Origin: the human T2T-CHM13v2.0 reference genome, Homo sapiens
Direction: 5' to 3' (one strand)
DNA length: 64,000 nucleotides
Assembly: GCF_009914755.1 (NCBI RefSeq)
Contig: NC_060941.1
Position 1 is the stretch's first letter, and each line of letters begins with the position of its first letter. The translations under genes and the position numbers were made by a program. Shown here one piece after another: positions 1-14,870 of this stretch. The notes beneath the pieces are model-generated. The model saw only the letters and a program-made list of their open reading frames with translations. It searched no databases and was not told the origin of the DNA.

Positions 1-386
1 AATAAATGAAAATACTTGTGTCACGATAAAAGGGATTCTGGAGACAAGTGTAGGGAGAGCTGAGAAAAATGTGTTTAATCTTTACTCTAAAACTTTTCAG
101 ACCTTCCGATGGGCTACTAAGCAGTATAAAACTTCATATGGTATGCAACTTTTAGCAAACTTATTTAACCATGGAATTTCATGTTTTGCAGTTGCCTAGG
201 AACCCGTCACAGAATATACATTAGATTTAATGATTACCAAATTTCTTTTGGCTATTAAATTCTATGACCACATGTCTTACACAGAGACCCATCCATCACT
301 CCCATTCACCTCAAGGGAAGAAAATAAGTCTTCAACTTCATCCCTCCCCATAGCATCTAACACTATGTCTTTCCTTTTAAAGTCCT

Positions 387-1165
387 GTGATCATTAAAAA
401 AAATTTGGTCTTTGTCCCCAGTTCCTGACACAGCTCCTAAAGCCCTTGGAATTTTGGGAGTAATAAGTGCCTTTTGCAAGTAAATGTGATGACTGATGGT
501 TGGGGGGCCCCTAGATAGCTTCAGGGGAACGGGTTGCCAGAAAGACCAACGCACCATTAGGGAGTTGGAACTTTTAGCCTCACCCTACAACCTCCATGGA
601 GGGGAGAAAGGGCTGGAATTGGAACTAATCAACAATGGCCAGTGATTTAGTTCATCATGTCTATGTAATGGAACTTCCATAAAAGCCCCTAAACAACCAG
701 GGTTCAGAAAGCTTACGGAGGTGCTGGGAGGCTGTGCACCCAGAGAGGACATGGGAAGATCCATGCCCTTCCTCCACACCTTGCCCTAAGCATCTTTTCC
801 ATTTGGCTGTTCTTGAGTTGTATTCTTGACAATAAACTGGTTATAATAAGTACAGTCTTTTTTGAGTTCTGTGAGTTGTTCTGGCAAATTATTGAACCTA
901 AGAAAGGGGTTATGAGAACCCTTGATATTTAGCCAGTCAGTCAGAAGTACAGGAGGCCTGGGACTTGGGATTAGCATCTGATATGGGGCAGCCTTGTGGG
1001 AGGGACTGAGCCCTTAACTCCAGGGATAGGATGCTAACTCCAGGTAGATAGTGTCAGAATTGAATTGAGTTGTTGAACACCTACTTGGTGTCTGGAGAGT
1101 TGGAGAATTGGTTGGTGTGAGCCAAAAAAAAAAAAAAAAAAACCACACGTTTGGCGTCAGGTATG
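387..1165 (+). mobile_element. MER21-family LTR
   Basis: GGTCTTTGTCCCCAGTTCCTGACACAGCTCCTAAAGCCCTTGGAAT, GTTGGAACTTTTAGCC and AATCAACAATGGCCAGTGATTTA match the recalled MER21 consensus. Confidence 0.75.
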
Positions 1166-1304
1166 GTGTTATTAAACACAGCACAGTAGTCCTGATTATT
1201 TAAATATACTAACCAAGTCTAAATTCTCACTTTCACACTCTCATGGTTTCCAGTAGCCATTTTCATTGTCTGATGACTTTGTATCTGTATTACTTCTCTA
1301 AATT

Positions 1305-1672
1305 GTTACAGTTACTTTGGGTAGCTATAACAAAATACCACAGACAAGATGGTTTATACAACAAATATGTATTTCTCCCAGTTCTGGAGGCTGGGAGGTC
1401 CAAGATCAAGGTGTAGGCAGATTCAGCATCTAGTGAGGGCTCTCTCCCTGCTTTGTAAATGGCCATATTCTGTGTCATTCTCACATGGAGGAGTCAGAGA
1501 AACCCCTGGTCTCTTCTTTTAATAAGGGCACTAATCCCGTCATAGCATCTCTACTCTCATCCTCTCACTTAAGCCTGATTATCTACTGAAAGTGCTATCT
1601 ATACCAATACCACCCCATGGAAGATAAGGGCTTCAATGTATGAATTTTGCAGGAACATGTTTAGTCCATTAT
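1305..1672 (-). mobile_element. MaLR LTR (MLT1A/B-like)
   Basis: GCTATAACAAAATACCACAGAC...CAGTTCTGGAGGCTGGGAGGTCCAAGATCAAGGTG. Confidence 0.75.
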
Positions 1673-1786
1673 ATCCACCATGTGTCTTAATATCTTAGAT
1701 AGTGTTCAGATTAACAAACCGTCTCTAATCCTATCCCCCAGTCTACCATATTCTTAGACTTCACTGGCAGTCTCCACTCCACATGT

Positions 1787-2605
1787 TGAGAGGTGAAGCT
1801 GACTGGGCTTCTGGGTCGGGCGGGGACTTGGAGAACTTTTCTGTCTAGCTAAAGGATTGTAAACACACCAATCAGCACTCTGTCTAGCTAAAGGTTTTCA
1901 AACGCACCAATCATCACTCTGTAAAAACGCACCAATCAGCGTTCTTGTGTCTAGCTAAAGGTTTATAAACACACCAATCAGCACTCTGTAAAAAATGCAC
2001 CAATCAGCGCTCTGTGTCTACCTAAAGGTTTGTAAATGCACCAATCAGCACTCTGTAAAAACACACCAATCAGCACTCTGTAAAATGGACCAATCAGTGC
2101 TCTGTAAAATGGACCAATCAGCAGGACATGGGCAGAGCCAAATAAGAACTAAAAACTGGCCACCCGAGCCCGCAGCAGCGATCTGCTCCGGTCCCTTGCC
2201 ACACTGTGGAAGCTTTGTTCTTTTGCTTTTCACAATAAATCTTGCTGTTGCTCACGCTTTGGGTCCGCACTACCTTTATGAGCTATAACACTCACCACAA
2301 GGGTCTGCAGCTTCATTCCTGAAGTCAGCAAGATCACGAACCCACTGGGAGGAACAAACAACTCCGGACACGCTGCCTTTAAGAGCTGTAACCCTCACTG
2401 CGAAGGTCTGCGGCTTCACTCCTGAAATCAGCAAGACCACCAACCCACTGGAAAGAAGAAACTGCAGACACATCTGAACATCCGAAGGAACAAACTCTGG
2501 ACACACCATCTTTAAGAACTGTAACACTCACTGTGAGAGTCCACAGCTTCATTCTTGAAGTCAGCAAGACCAAGAACCCACCGGAAGGAATAAATTCGGG
2601 ACACA
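1787..2605 (+). mobile_element. Solo LTR12 (ERV9 LTR), antisense to HS3ST3A1
   Basis: TG...CA termini, 4-bp TSD ATGT (1783-1786 / 2606-2609), nine CCAATCA units, AATAAA at 2234, typical repeated U5 units. Confidence 0.93.
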
Positions 2606-3424
2606 ATGTCATCTACCCACAAAGGCTCATAGTTGTTATTGCATTGCACTGCTCAGCCTCTGAGCTCTCTTCCTTCCTTCTGTGTAAAAATTTCCTCTTG
2701 CCGCATTCCTTTGTTCCACCGCTGTTCGACAATCCTCTGACCTCAGGGCACTTTCCTGAACACTGATGACTTCCAAAGCACTAAGTCCACTCATCCTCTT
2801 CTGATGGTGGTTGCTCCCCACTCTACTGGGCTCCAGCACTGGACTATTGGACATCACCTAGCCAAGCCCCCTAAACCCCCATACAGACTTAACATGGTTC
2901 CATGCCGACTGTCACACAGGAAGCTCTTCAGCCACGTGCTTTGTTCCTTTTAGCGTCTAAGAAAATTATTGGGAAAAGTCACGAAACTAGTTTATTTTAG
3001 TTCGCCATAAAGAGTTGCCAATTCTCATAACTGAATTAGTTATTGTACCCTGAGGAACCTTGATTCATTTCTTATTGATAAACTTTCCTTTCCTGTAGAC
3101 CCACTATCTCCAAAGTGCTGACAGGATACTGATAAATATTCTATGGAAAGAAGGTTCCATGGTCATATAGATATTGGGGGAATATAAGGCTAAATTTAAA
3201 TAAACTTGTCTCATTTATTCTCAGAGCCTTAAAACACTAGCATGCATTGTGAATTTGCTAAATGTTGTATATGCAACACCACACAGCATATACAAGTTTA
3301 TGTGATAACTGAATCCGTTTAGTAGTAGTAATCATTTTGTTTTGTTTTGTTTTGTTTTAATTTTTTAGAGTGCATGGACTAAATTTTGAATGACTTTAGT
3401 TTAAATTTTCTTTTCAGGACTCAT

Positions 3425-3810
3425 GACAGAAAGGTTCACTGGCTGTTCACCCAGCCTATTCCCTCTTCTTCCTGAGAACACAGCTACACCTCATTTGCCA
3501 ACCTCCCTTCCAGTATGGCATAAGGTGTGAATGACCTCTGGCCAAGGAAATTACAGTAGAGATGACGTGCATTGCTTCTTAGTCTGGTCTTTGGAAACCT
3601 CCCTCCACACACGCCCCCCATGTTCTTTTCTGGTTCTGGCTGCTGGAATGGAGCTGAGCCCCTGAGCGATCTTAGAAGCATGTGCTGTGTGAGGAGCCTG
3701 GGTCCCTGAATCACCACTTGGAGCTGAGTCACCTGACCAAGAACGCCTGCATTGTCAGTTTTATGAGTGAAAAATAAACTTTGTTATGTAGACACTAAAA
3801 TTTGAAGATA
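3425..3810 (+). mobile_element. Ancient MaLR/ERVL LTR (MLT1I/J-like)
   Basis: CACAGCTACACCTCATTTGCCAACCTCCCTT...CTGGCCAAGGAAAT motif and AATAAAC near the 3' end. Confidence 0.5.
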
Positions 3811-3886
3811 TATTCAGGACCGAGATTAGGATAAGACAAATGCGGTACTTACTTGCTTTAGGTGCAAAATGGAAGGCGAACACCAA

Positions 3887-3915
3887 AACAACAACAACAA
3901 CAACAACAACAACAA
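3887..3915 (+). repeat. (AAC)n microsatellite
   Basis: Read directly. Confidence 0.9.
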
Positions 3916-3965
3916 AACAGATATAAAGATAAACAAGATGCGATATTTTTTAAAAATTCAAATCA

Positions 3966-4262
<297 letters not shown>

Positions 4263-4300
4263 TCAATTCAAAAAAATCTATAACGAGTAAAATACCAATA

Positions 4301-4581
<281 letters not shown>

Positions 4582-5235
4582 CTACAGCAGCCATACCCAG
4601 CTGACAGAGGTTTCCAACACTCACACAGCAATTGATAGATAAACAGTCCCACCACTGTGGCCATATCACTGTCCTGTTCAGAAGCGGTTACTAGATATCT
4701 CAAAACTGCCCAGCCAGAGTTCTTCACTTTTGGCTCTAAACGATTTTCCCTGCTTAAATAAATTTCATTCCAAGAAAAGAAAAGGGGGGGGAGTATTTTT
4801 ACGTTATTTTGAATAAATTGTATTCACTTACTTCTTCATGCTTGTCCTCAAACAGCTTCCCATTCCTAGAATTTCGTTCTTGATCATCTTCCTGATCATA
4901 TCAAATCCTTATTAGTTAAGGTCCAATGACCTCCTGTGTGCAACTTGACCATAATGATTTGTTTTCCACGCATTTGGTATTTCCTTGTGGCATTTCCTCT
5001 TCCTCTTGTATGTTTTTTCTAATATAATTTAACTTGAGGATTACTAGCTAACGCTTCAGATCTGAGTCTACTCTATCTAACTAAGCTGCATGCTTTGTAA
5101 AAATAGGAACCCTGTCTGAATCCTCTTTCTATTCCCACCTGCACAGGACACTGATGGGCACTTACTGATTTGATTTACACCTGATTTTATTGCTGTGTGA
5201 CTGGCAATTGCTGTATTTGGTTCTTGAACACTTTA

Positions 5236-5539
<304 letters not shown>

Positions 5540-6216
5540 GGTTCTTGAACACTTTAATTTTCCCTTGGCTGACCACAATACTGATAACCTAAGCACCAGG
5601 CATGGCAGGGCAAAATACGATTCCAGTGTTGATCAATACAGCTTCCCCATGGAAGCATTCTCAAGGGCAATGTCAAAGGGGGATTCAGAGGAGGCCGTTT
5701 CTGCCTCATCTTAGGTGGCTGGCTTTGGCTCTGTCACCTCATTTCTAAGTTTACTTATAAAGAGAATCCCCATGTATACAGAAATATGTCTTTCTCCAGA
5801 ACTCTGCCTACTGGTTGGAGGAACAGTGCTGAACCCAAAATGATTAACTGTTTTAGGCAAGGCTGGAGAACTTTTTCAAATGTAAATTAAGACAAAGAAA
5901 GGCACAGCTAAGACCTTTCCCAATTCAGCATGATCAGCTGCCCTTGTGCTTGAGAAGTGGAAATGGATGTGGTATACTGGAGAAAAGTGATTCCCACTTT
6001 TCACATTTTCCATTGCATGCACATTATTGGAGCCTTGAATAAATCAAGTCAAGAACTTCTTCCCTCTCTGGTAGACTTACAGTCCTCCCCTTTAAGCAAG
6101 AAGGAGAATTATAATTGACTGCCTAGAAAAGTTGCCTGTAGTGCCATTTGGAATTCTAGTCCCCTGGGTCTAAGGCTTCCTGGTCTTTCTAGGACCATGT
6201 TAGTTAAAGCTTCTTT

Positions 6217-6268
6217 TGTTTTTCATGGGGCAGAGTCTACAATGTTTTTCATGGGGCAGAGACTACAA
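6217..6268 (+). repeat. 26-bp tandem duplication
   Basis: TGTTTTTCATGGGGCAGAG(T/A)CTACAA x2, one mismatch. Confidence 0.9.
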
Positions 6269-8859
6269 GAATTGCTTTGGCTAAAGGGTGCAAACAAAAT
6301 ACAGGATCCCAGTAACAAATGATTTCACTGTGTCTCTATGGCTAAGTAGAGAGCTGGAGTCATTCCTCCCTTCAGCTATGACAGTGCTGGGCTGAGGAGA
6401 GGTGTTCTGTAAGTTCACAGGACAGGAAGCGCTGATGCCCCAGCAGGTGCAGCATTGGGGTTGGCCATGAAGACCGCCATGACATACCTTGTGTGAGAGA
6501 AGCTGCTTGCAGAAAGGAGTGGGTCTTGTGGCTGCATTCACCAATGGTTTAAGCCGGAAGCCATCATTGCACTGGCAGCTTTAAATAACAGCATCATTAC
6601 AGACCTCTTTGATGAGGATACTGTGCCTTCTCTCTTAGTTGAAACAACTAAGATCTTCTCTACCCTTGATTTTGTTGGGGTCCTCAAGACCTGTCCAGAT
6701 TAGATTACATTCTAAATAAAAAATCCATATCTCAAATTCTGAACAGCAGTTCAAATCCCCTGAATGTCTTCGATTTGATTCCTTACCAATCAAACACCTG
6801 TCCACATCATCCCTTGTTTTAAAAGCTTTTCTTCTGAGATGCCCCTAGCCAGCTAACTTACTCTTTTCTGGCAACTCCTAGAGTTCTTTCTAGACATGTG
6901 AAATAATACTAGTTTATCAAAATACCTTTTTTTAAGCTCATCATCCCTAATCCCCTTCTCTCACACATTCTCCCCTCTCAGGTACTTCCTTTGAAATCTG
7001 TAAGTAGGCCCCTGACCTAACTATCCACATCTTAATTAAACTTCCCTTAAAATAACATCCAGGAGGAATTTTATTCCACTGATACTGCTTACAGATAGGA
7101 GCTATAGAGCAATAGACGATCTAATAATTGTCCTATAAAAACTCTAGACAGGAGTCTGCAAGGAAAATTAGACACAAAGGTAAGGGAGTGATGCCACTGA
7201 TATCATCACCAGGAAGCATGAGGGCCAGAGACTCAAAAAAAGTCACAGATTCAGAAGGAAAAAGAGCATTTTTGAAAACTTCCTGCCTCATAAGCAAGAC
7301 ATTCGATTGTACCTTTTTTCTGAGAGTTTCTATTGAGTGGCTAGTCTGTGTTCTAGGCAGAGGCTTGGCAAGACTACTGGTCCAGTTGCAAAGCCTAAGG
7401 CCAAAACCTGGTGGTTTGAGTAGCTCTGAGCCTTCCACGGATTCCAGAAAAGTAGCAGGAAAATTCACAGCGCTCAGGAGGTAATTGCCAGTTATTGCTC
7501 TACTGGTTCCAATTTTAGTAGCAAATGAGCAATGTATAATGTATCAAGCTTATTAAAAAATATAAATGAGAAATAAAAGTGCTCACAAGGGGAATGGGAA
7601 ATTCACAAAGTTTTACAAGATACAGTCATTACCAGAGCTGACATCTGACAGCCGCTAGGCCCTGTGCGGTGCTGATATCTCTGTGATGCCTTGTAGGCTA
7701 TGTGCTCAAGGCAGCTCAGTGCAAACCCCTGAGGGGTGCGCAGCTGATTATTGCCTTTCTTGTTGAGGGGTGCTGACTTTGGAACTGTTAAGTCCCCAGA
7801 CCTACCAAGGCAATCTAGTTCGAAGCATGCTCAGCCTCCTTTTGAAAGAGAGATAAAGCAAAGGTTTTGTCTTTCAAGCACGAAGAGGAAATGTTCATCC
7901 AGATTTTCAAAACCTGCAGGGTTGGGATAAGATGCCATCCCTGAGGATTTAACAGATACCACCTTCCTCCACCATACCCTCCACCCCCAACAAGTCTAGT
8001 ACCTTATTATCTTGAAACTAAACGATGGTAATATCCCCATAAATTATCTCCCCACAGGCAGACTGCCCCCTAACTCTATTCCACCCTATGTCCTGGTGTG
8101 CCAAATTAGTATTCCTCAAGCCCCCTGAGAATAATGTCACTTAACCTCATTCAGCAGCACGTGCCTGATTTGCAAATAACTCACAGACATTTCAGTCTAG
8201 AATTCACCATTTTCACCAATGGTGTCCCACGCTACCTACCTCGTCGGTGTTCTCACCCACTACTCCCCAGCGGTGACCCCCATTTCTGCTGAACAAAAAC
8301 ACTTATGGCTTCCTGAGCACAGATTACACCCTTATGCCTCCCGCTGGGTGGGCCTTTTCTGCCTGGAGTTCATCCTCCCTCCATTCCACTCCAGGAAGTC
8401 TTTCGCAAACCCTTGTTTTTATAAACCTACCGTGTTTCAAGCAGTATGGGAATGGAACAGGTGGAGGAAGAAATGTAATCTACTTTTGTATAAAGGGGTG
8501 TCGCATTCAACATTAAACCCATTTCACTTACACAGATTCAACTTGGCAATGGGGAGACACAGCACAACTGAAATGATGCAGGCAATTTAGCCTGGTGTTC
8601 AATTAGGAGCCTGTGTCCTAGAAAACAGAAATGGGGCTGAGACTCACCTGTCTTCTCCAAGGTCCCCAGATCCCTGAGGGCCCCTTAGAGTGGAAGCATC
8701 TTGCCTCAAAACCATCCTAGACTTGATTAAAGAGTTTCTCAAGTCGATGTTAGACTGTATTAAGAGCTTACTTACACGTGGAGTTTTAGACCTAACACCC
8801 AAACACAACATGATTTCTCTACATGCACAAATATGTCATTTTTTCATAAAATAATAAAA

Positions 8860-9110
8860 ATGCAAAAGATGTTTATAATTAACAGAAGGTGCTGAGACAA
8901 TCATTTAACTACTTGAGATAAGAAATGAAGCTCCAGCAGCACCTCAAACCACATGCAAAAGTCAACCCCAGATGTGTTGAGTTAAATGTGTCTGAGAGTA
9001 TATTATATTACATATAAGAACTTGAAAACAGATGAAGTCATTCCTGAAGAACTGTTTTCTAAGCATAAAAGCAAAGGCACGAATTATGAAATAAAAGATA
9101 CCTTTGGTTT
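8860..9110 (+). mobile_element. Old L1 (L1M) ORF2 fragment
   Basis: GGTGCTGAGACAATC...CACCTCAAACCACATGCAAAAGTCAAC resembles the L1 ORF2 3' region. Confidence 0.5.
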
Positions 9111-9384
9111 CGTTAGATTTCCTCCTTCTCTTGTCTTTCTCCCAATCTTATGCAAAATGACCTAAGAAGAAGAAAAATCTGGGAAGCCCTTCTTCAGTAC
9201 TGAGCCCTAGTGAAGGGTGGCATCCACATTCAGCTTTGAGGAATCAAGTTAAAGGATGACACCTAGGGCCATGTTGCACAGATATAATACCTTCCCGAAA
9301 ACAGTATGTGATGTGATGAGGGGCTACACCAGAAGGACTTCAATCTCCCTAGATTTGGGGAGAATTAGAAAGCAAGGCAAAGCC

Positions 9385-10036
<652 letters not shown>

Positions 10037-10499
10037 TCAGCATAAACAGAAATGCACTCAGAAACTCAATGGCAGCCATGCTTGCACATACTTGCACCCA
10101 GCAGAATATCCTCAGGACAGCGAACAGATTCCCTGAAAGAGCAGGTACCAGAATAGGCAATAGGTTCGACACAGTCAAATTGTATAGCCACAGAGATGGC
10201 TTAGCTCACCCAAATTAAAACAAATGAGAACAACAAACTTCCAACAAACAAAAGGATACATACAAAGCAAACATCTAGCCCAGCAGATTCATAAAAATGA
10301 GCACGGGTCGGACGAAGGCCCAGAAATGTTTCCTTAATGGATGCCCTGCGATTCCGCCTCTTTTCCCCTCTTCACAGTTGCTGAATCACTTAATAAGAAT
10401 GGATTTTTCATCAGCTAGACCTCCTGTTTATCTGAGGCGAATCACACACTCTACTTTTTGAGCAAATTAAAGGCCTGAGTAAAACCCTTGAACATTTAA

Positions 10500-11280
10500 G
10501 CATGAGTCAACAGACATCAGAAAGAGAAGTTACAAAATTAAAAGAAAAAGACAACCTCTAAAGAGAAAGAGACAACAAAGGCACCTTTCAGAGGGAAGAA
10601 AAAAGAAGATTTGTAACAACAACAAAAAAAAAACCCAAGGTAAGAATTAAGTGATACCTGTCCAATACTCTCACTAAATGTAAATATGGACTTCATCAAA
10701 CAGAGATGAAATTGGAAATACTAAGAATAAAGAATAGTAAGAATAAAGACAGGTTAAGAAGCAGCTACTTAAGAGGTGAGCAGGAAAAAAGGACAGGTGA
10801 ACTCATTCAAAGAAACTGAAAATACAAAAGTAGAAAGGTTAAGTATCATTGTGGAGGCCAAGCTTGAAGCCATCTCCTCTCAAGCTGCAGAGAAAAGCTA
10901 CTCAGATATGGGAACAGGAAGAGGAGCAGACAGGTTGAGATCAGAGAATGAAGCTCCACAATGTAGGTCATTGAATGTTTTGGAAAAAGATCTCAAGACC
11001 TGGAATCCTCAGAGAAAAAATGTTCATCGTTAACAAAATTGCTGAAAAGGGACAAGCATTTGCTGTGTCCTGGTAAACGTTTTGAATTTTAGGAATAAAG
11101 ACAGAATCCTGTAAGTTACCTAAAAGCAAGATAAAAGAAGTGGTCTAAGGCCTTTACTTAACACCATTAAATACCATAAGACCTGGGAGCAGATTCCGCA
11201 GAAATCTGAGGGAAAATATGTATGACTCAGGAAAGCTATAGTCCACCAAGATTTCATTTATAGGACAAGATTTAAGAAAA
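10500..11280 (+). mobile_element. Decayed L1/HAL1 ORF1-like remnant
   Basis: A-rich; 11065-11260 resembles decayed codons of the L1 ORF1 C-terminal region. Confidence 0.45.
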
Positions 11281-11290
11281 AAATGGAAAA

Positions 11291-11466
11291 GCCAGGCATA
11301 GAGGCTCGAGCCTGTAGCTCCTTGCTGCTTGGGAGGCTGAGATAGGAGAATCCCTTGAGCCCAGGAGTTAGAGACTTGGTGCACTGCAGTTGTGCCTGTG
11401 AATAACCATTGCACACCAGACTGGACAACATAGTGAGACACTGTCTCTAAAACAAACAAACAAAAA
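11291..11466 (+). mobile_element. FAM (fossil Alu monomer)
   Basis: Monomer containing GCCTGTGAATAACCATTGCAC, characteristic of FAM. Confidence 0.75.
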
Positions 11467-12079
11467 TTGGATGTGCAAAAAATTGTAAATGTTGAAAACA
11501 TTACTTTCTACTATATACATATGGTATTATTTATAATATATATAAAGTACTATGTACTTCAATAATACATAGATAAAATAAAAATTTCAAAGATCAATTA
11601 TACAATTTAAAAACAAAAACAGTAGTGATCTATGCTATATGTAAGTAATAAAAAATTCAAAGTAAGAAAGCAAATGATAAAAATGTTAAAAAAGATGATT
11701 ATCTCGAGCGAAGGAAGGCAGAGGGTGGAATCTGACACAGGCACATCTGCCTGTAACTATTCCAGTTTTATTTTCTTTAAAACGATCTCTATCTATCTGT
11801 AGCTATGTCTGAAACAAACAAACATGGCAAAATATCAAATCTGGCATGTGAGAAGTTAACTGTACCATTTGCAGACTTAATATATTGTACATGCTTTTTA
11901 AAGAACTGAATAATGAAGAGATTAGAGACTGCAGAGTTGCATCATCAAATAAGCTAAACACGGAAGTCTAAAAAATTGTCACAAAAATGTTTACGAAATG
12001 CCAGTGTAAAAAATAGCCCTTGAAGAAAAAAACCACAATGCTACTGAAAAGTAATAATAAAAGGCCAGGTGGTAGATTA

Positions 12080-12365
12080 CAATGGTTTAAGGCTTGAGCT
12101 CAGGAATAATACTGCTCTGTGCTCAGATTCTGACTCTACCACTTAGCAGTGATGTGGCCTTCAGTAAGTTACAATGCCTGTCTGAATCTCAGCTATGCCC
12201 TTGTACAAAGGCTAATAATAATACCTACCTCATGGGGAAATTGTAACAATTATGTAAAACAAGGAATACAAATCTGGAACACTGTTGTGTAAAACAATGA
12301 ATACCAATCAGCCTGGAGCCTGGCACATATGAGTATTCAACTAATATTAACTGTTAGTATTATTA
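12080..12365 (+). mobile_element. MIR
   Basis: Core CTCTACCACTTAGCAGTGATGTGGCCTTCAGTAAGTTAC...AATAATACCTACCTCAT. Confidence 0.7.
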
Positions 12366-12559
12366 TGACAACAAAAAAAGAGACTGGGTGGAGATGCTTT
12401 GTTTTACTCCAGTCTCTTAGCACCTCAGCTGGGGGCTACCACCCAAGGCAAATCTGGAAAAGGTAATTTCGTATTAATGGACACACCTCTTCAAGCATCT
12501 AGAAATTCAGACATTTATGTGTCCAAACTCTACTTCTACACTCTTCTTACACCTAAAAG

Positions 12560-12790
12560 TAAAAATATTTTTGAAAATATAATGTTTTTATTACATGTGA
12601 ATATATATTCAATTACATACATATATTTTAATGTTCTATATAAAATTTAATTATATAACATATTACATTAATTACATATTAGATATAATCTTATATTTTA
12701 TGATATAATTTTATTTATATTATATATTATAAAAGTTTGATCTTGTATTATATGTTTAATTTATTATTGGCTAATTTATTTATTATTAAG
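12560..12790. repeat. AT-rich low-complexity tract
   Basis: Read directly. Confidence 0.8.
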
Positions 12791-13089
12791 GTCTTAGGCA
12801 ATTGATTATCTTTAAAGTATCCTTCCCCTTAGAAAACTCTAGAAATGGAAATGAACATGTTCCTACCAAATTCAGCGAACAGCACTTTCTTCTTCACATT
12901 CCAGGTACAGGATGGAAGCACAGGCTATCCCTAAGGCAACTGAGGAGACTGAGGGGCAATGTGTAAATACACATTTTTATTTTATTTTATTTTATTTTAT
13001 TTTTTGCTTAGGTTGTACAATTAATATTTATTTTTCAAGCAGCAAGTTTGGTTTTGGTTTTTTTGCAAAAGGCCCATCTTGTTTTCTTA

Positions 13090-13720
<631 letters not shown>

Positions 13721-14224
13721 GAAAACAAATTTTATTACAGCGTGTGTCTGGATTTTTGGTTTGGAATATAGAGTTTCTTTTAGTCTGGATACCCTGCTGA
13801 TTATGCCTATGGTAAAGTGAGCTGACTAACAATATAGCTCCATTACTAAAAATCATGAGTAAATATCTCTAAATAATTAACTATTGCAATTCCATTTTGA
13901 TCAAAGTGCAATTTCAACACAGGTGCCTGATAGAGAATCTGGTTTGGAACTGAAGTACTTAGTACCTCAGGAAAACTTATTAAAATGTTTTCTTCTTGTA
14001 AAAGACAGGGGAAGCAAAGTGTGGGAAATTAAAGTGACATTCCTGAAGTTTACAGAAGGAAGGTTGGTAAAATTCAAACTTAAGTTCCAGCAATACTGTA
14101 CAGCAAAGCACAGATCCTGACACCATGTAGCCTATGGGAGAGGTGGGCACAGAAGATCCAGTAAGAGACCAGAAACACATTGCTTCCATCTCCCTCATTT
14201 CTGTTTGTAACACATCTCAGCCAG

Positions 14225-14407
14225 AGGCCTCCATTCCTCGATGGATGTTAGAGTCATCTTGGGAGCTTTTAAAAGATGCAGAGATGCCTTGGAGCCTACC
14301 TCAGACCAATAAAAGTAGAAATCACTGGGGACAGAACAAGGATGCTGGTATTTACAAGCTCCCAGGAGATTCTAACAAGCAGCCAGAATTGAGACCCATT
14401 GCCCTAG
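14225..14407. mobile_element. MER5-family hAT-Charlie element
   Basis: TTAGAGTCATCTTGGGAGCTTTTAAAA...ACAAGCTCCCAGGAGATTCT...TTGAGACCCATTG. Confidence 0.65.
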
Positions 14408-14520
14408 AGGAAAGGAAGTTTGGACTTTGGGTATGGCTGTGTATTCTTGTCCACCCCTACCTAAGTCTCTTGCCTTAGGAAGTGACACTGCACTGCATTT
14501 TTCCTTCCCTCTGCTCCTGA

Positions 14521-14870
<350 letters not shown>

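Noticed and set aside
1860-2600. Regularly spaced repeats that superficially resemble a CRISPR array
   Set aside because: They are the normal U3 and U5 tandem units of LTR12 in a eukaryotic genome, without unique spacers
7128-7484. Overlapping antiparallel ORFs of 118 and 111 aa in unique sequence
   Set aside because: Non-ATG starts, no homology I recognise, lengths compatible with chance
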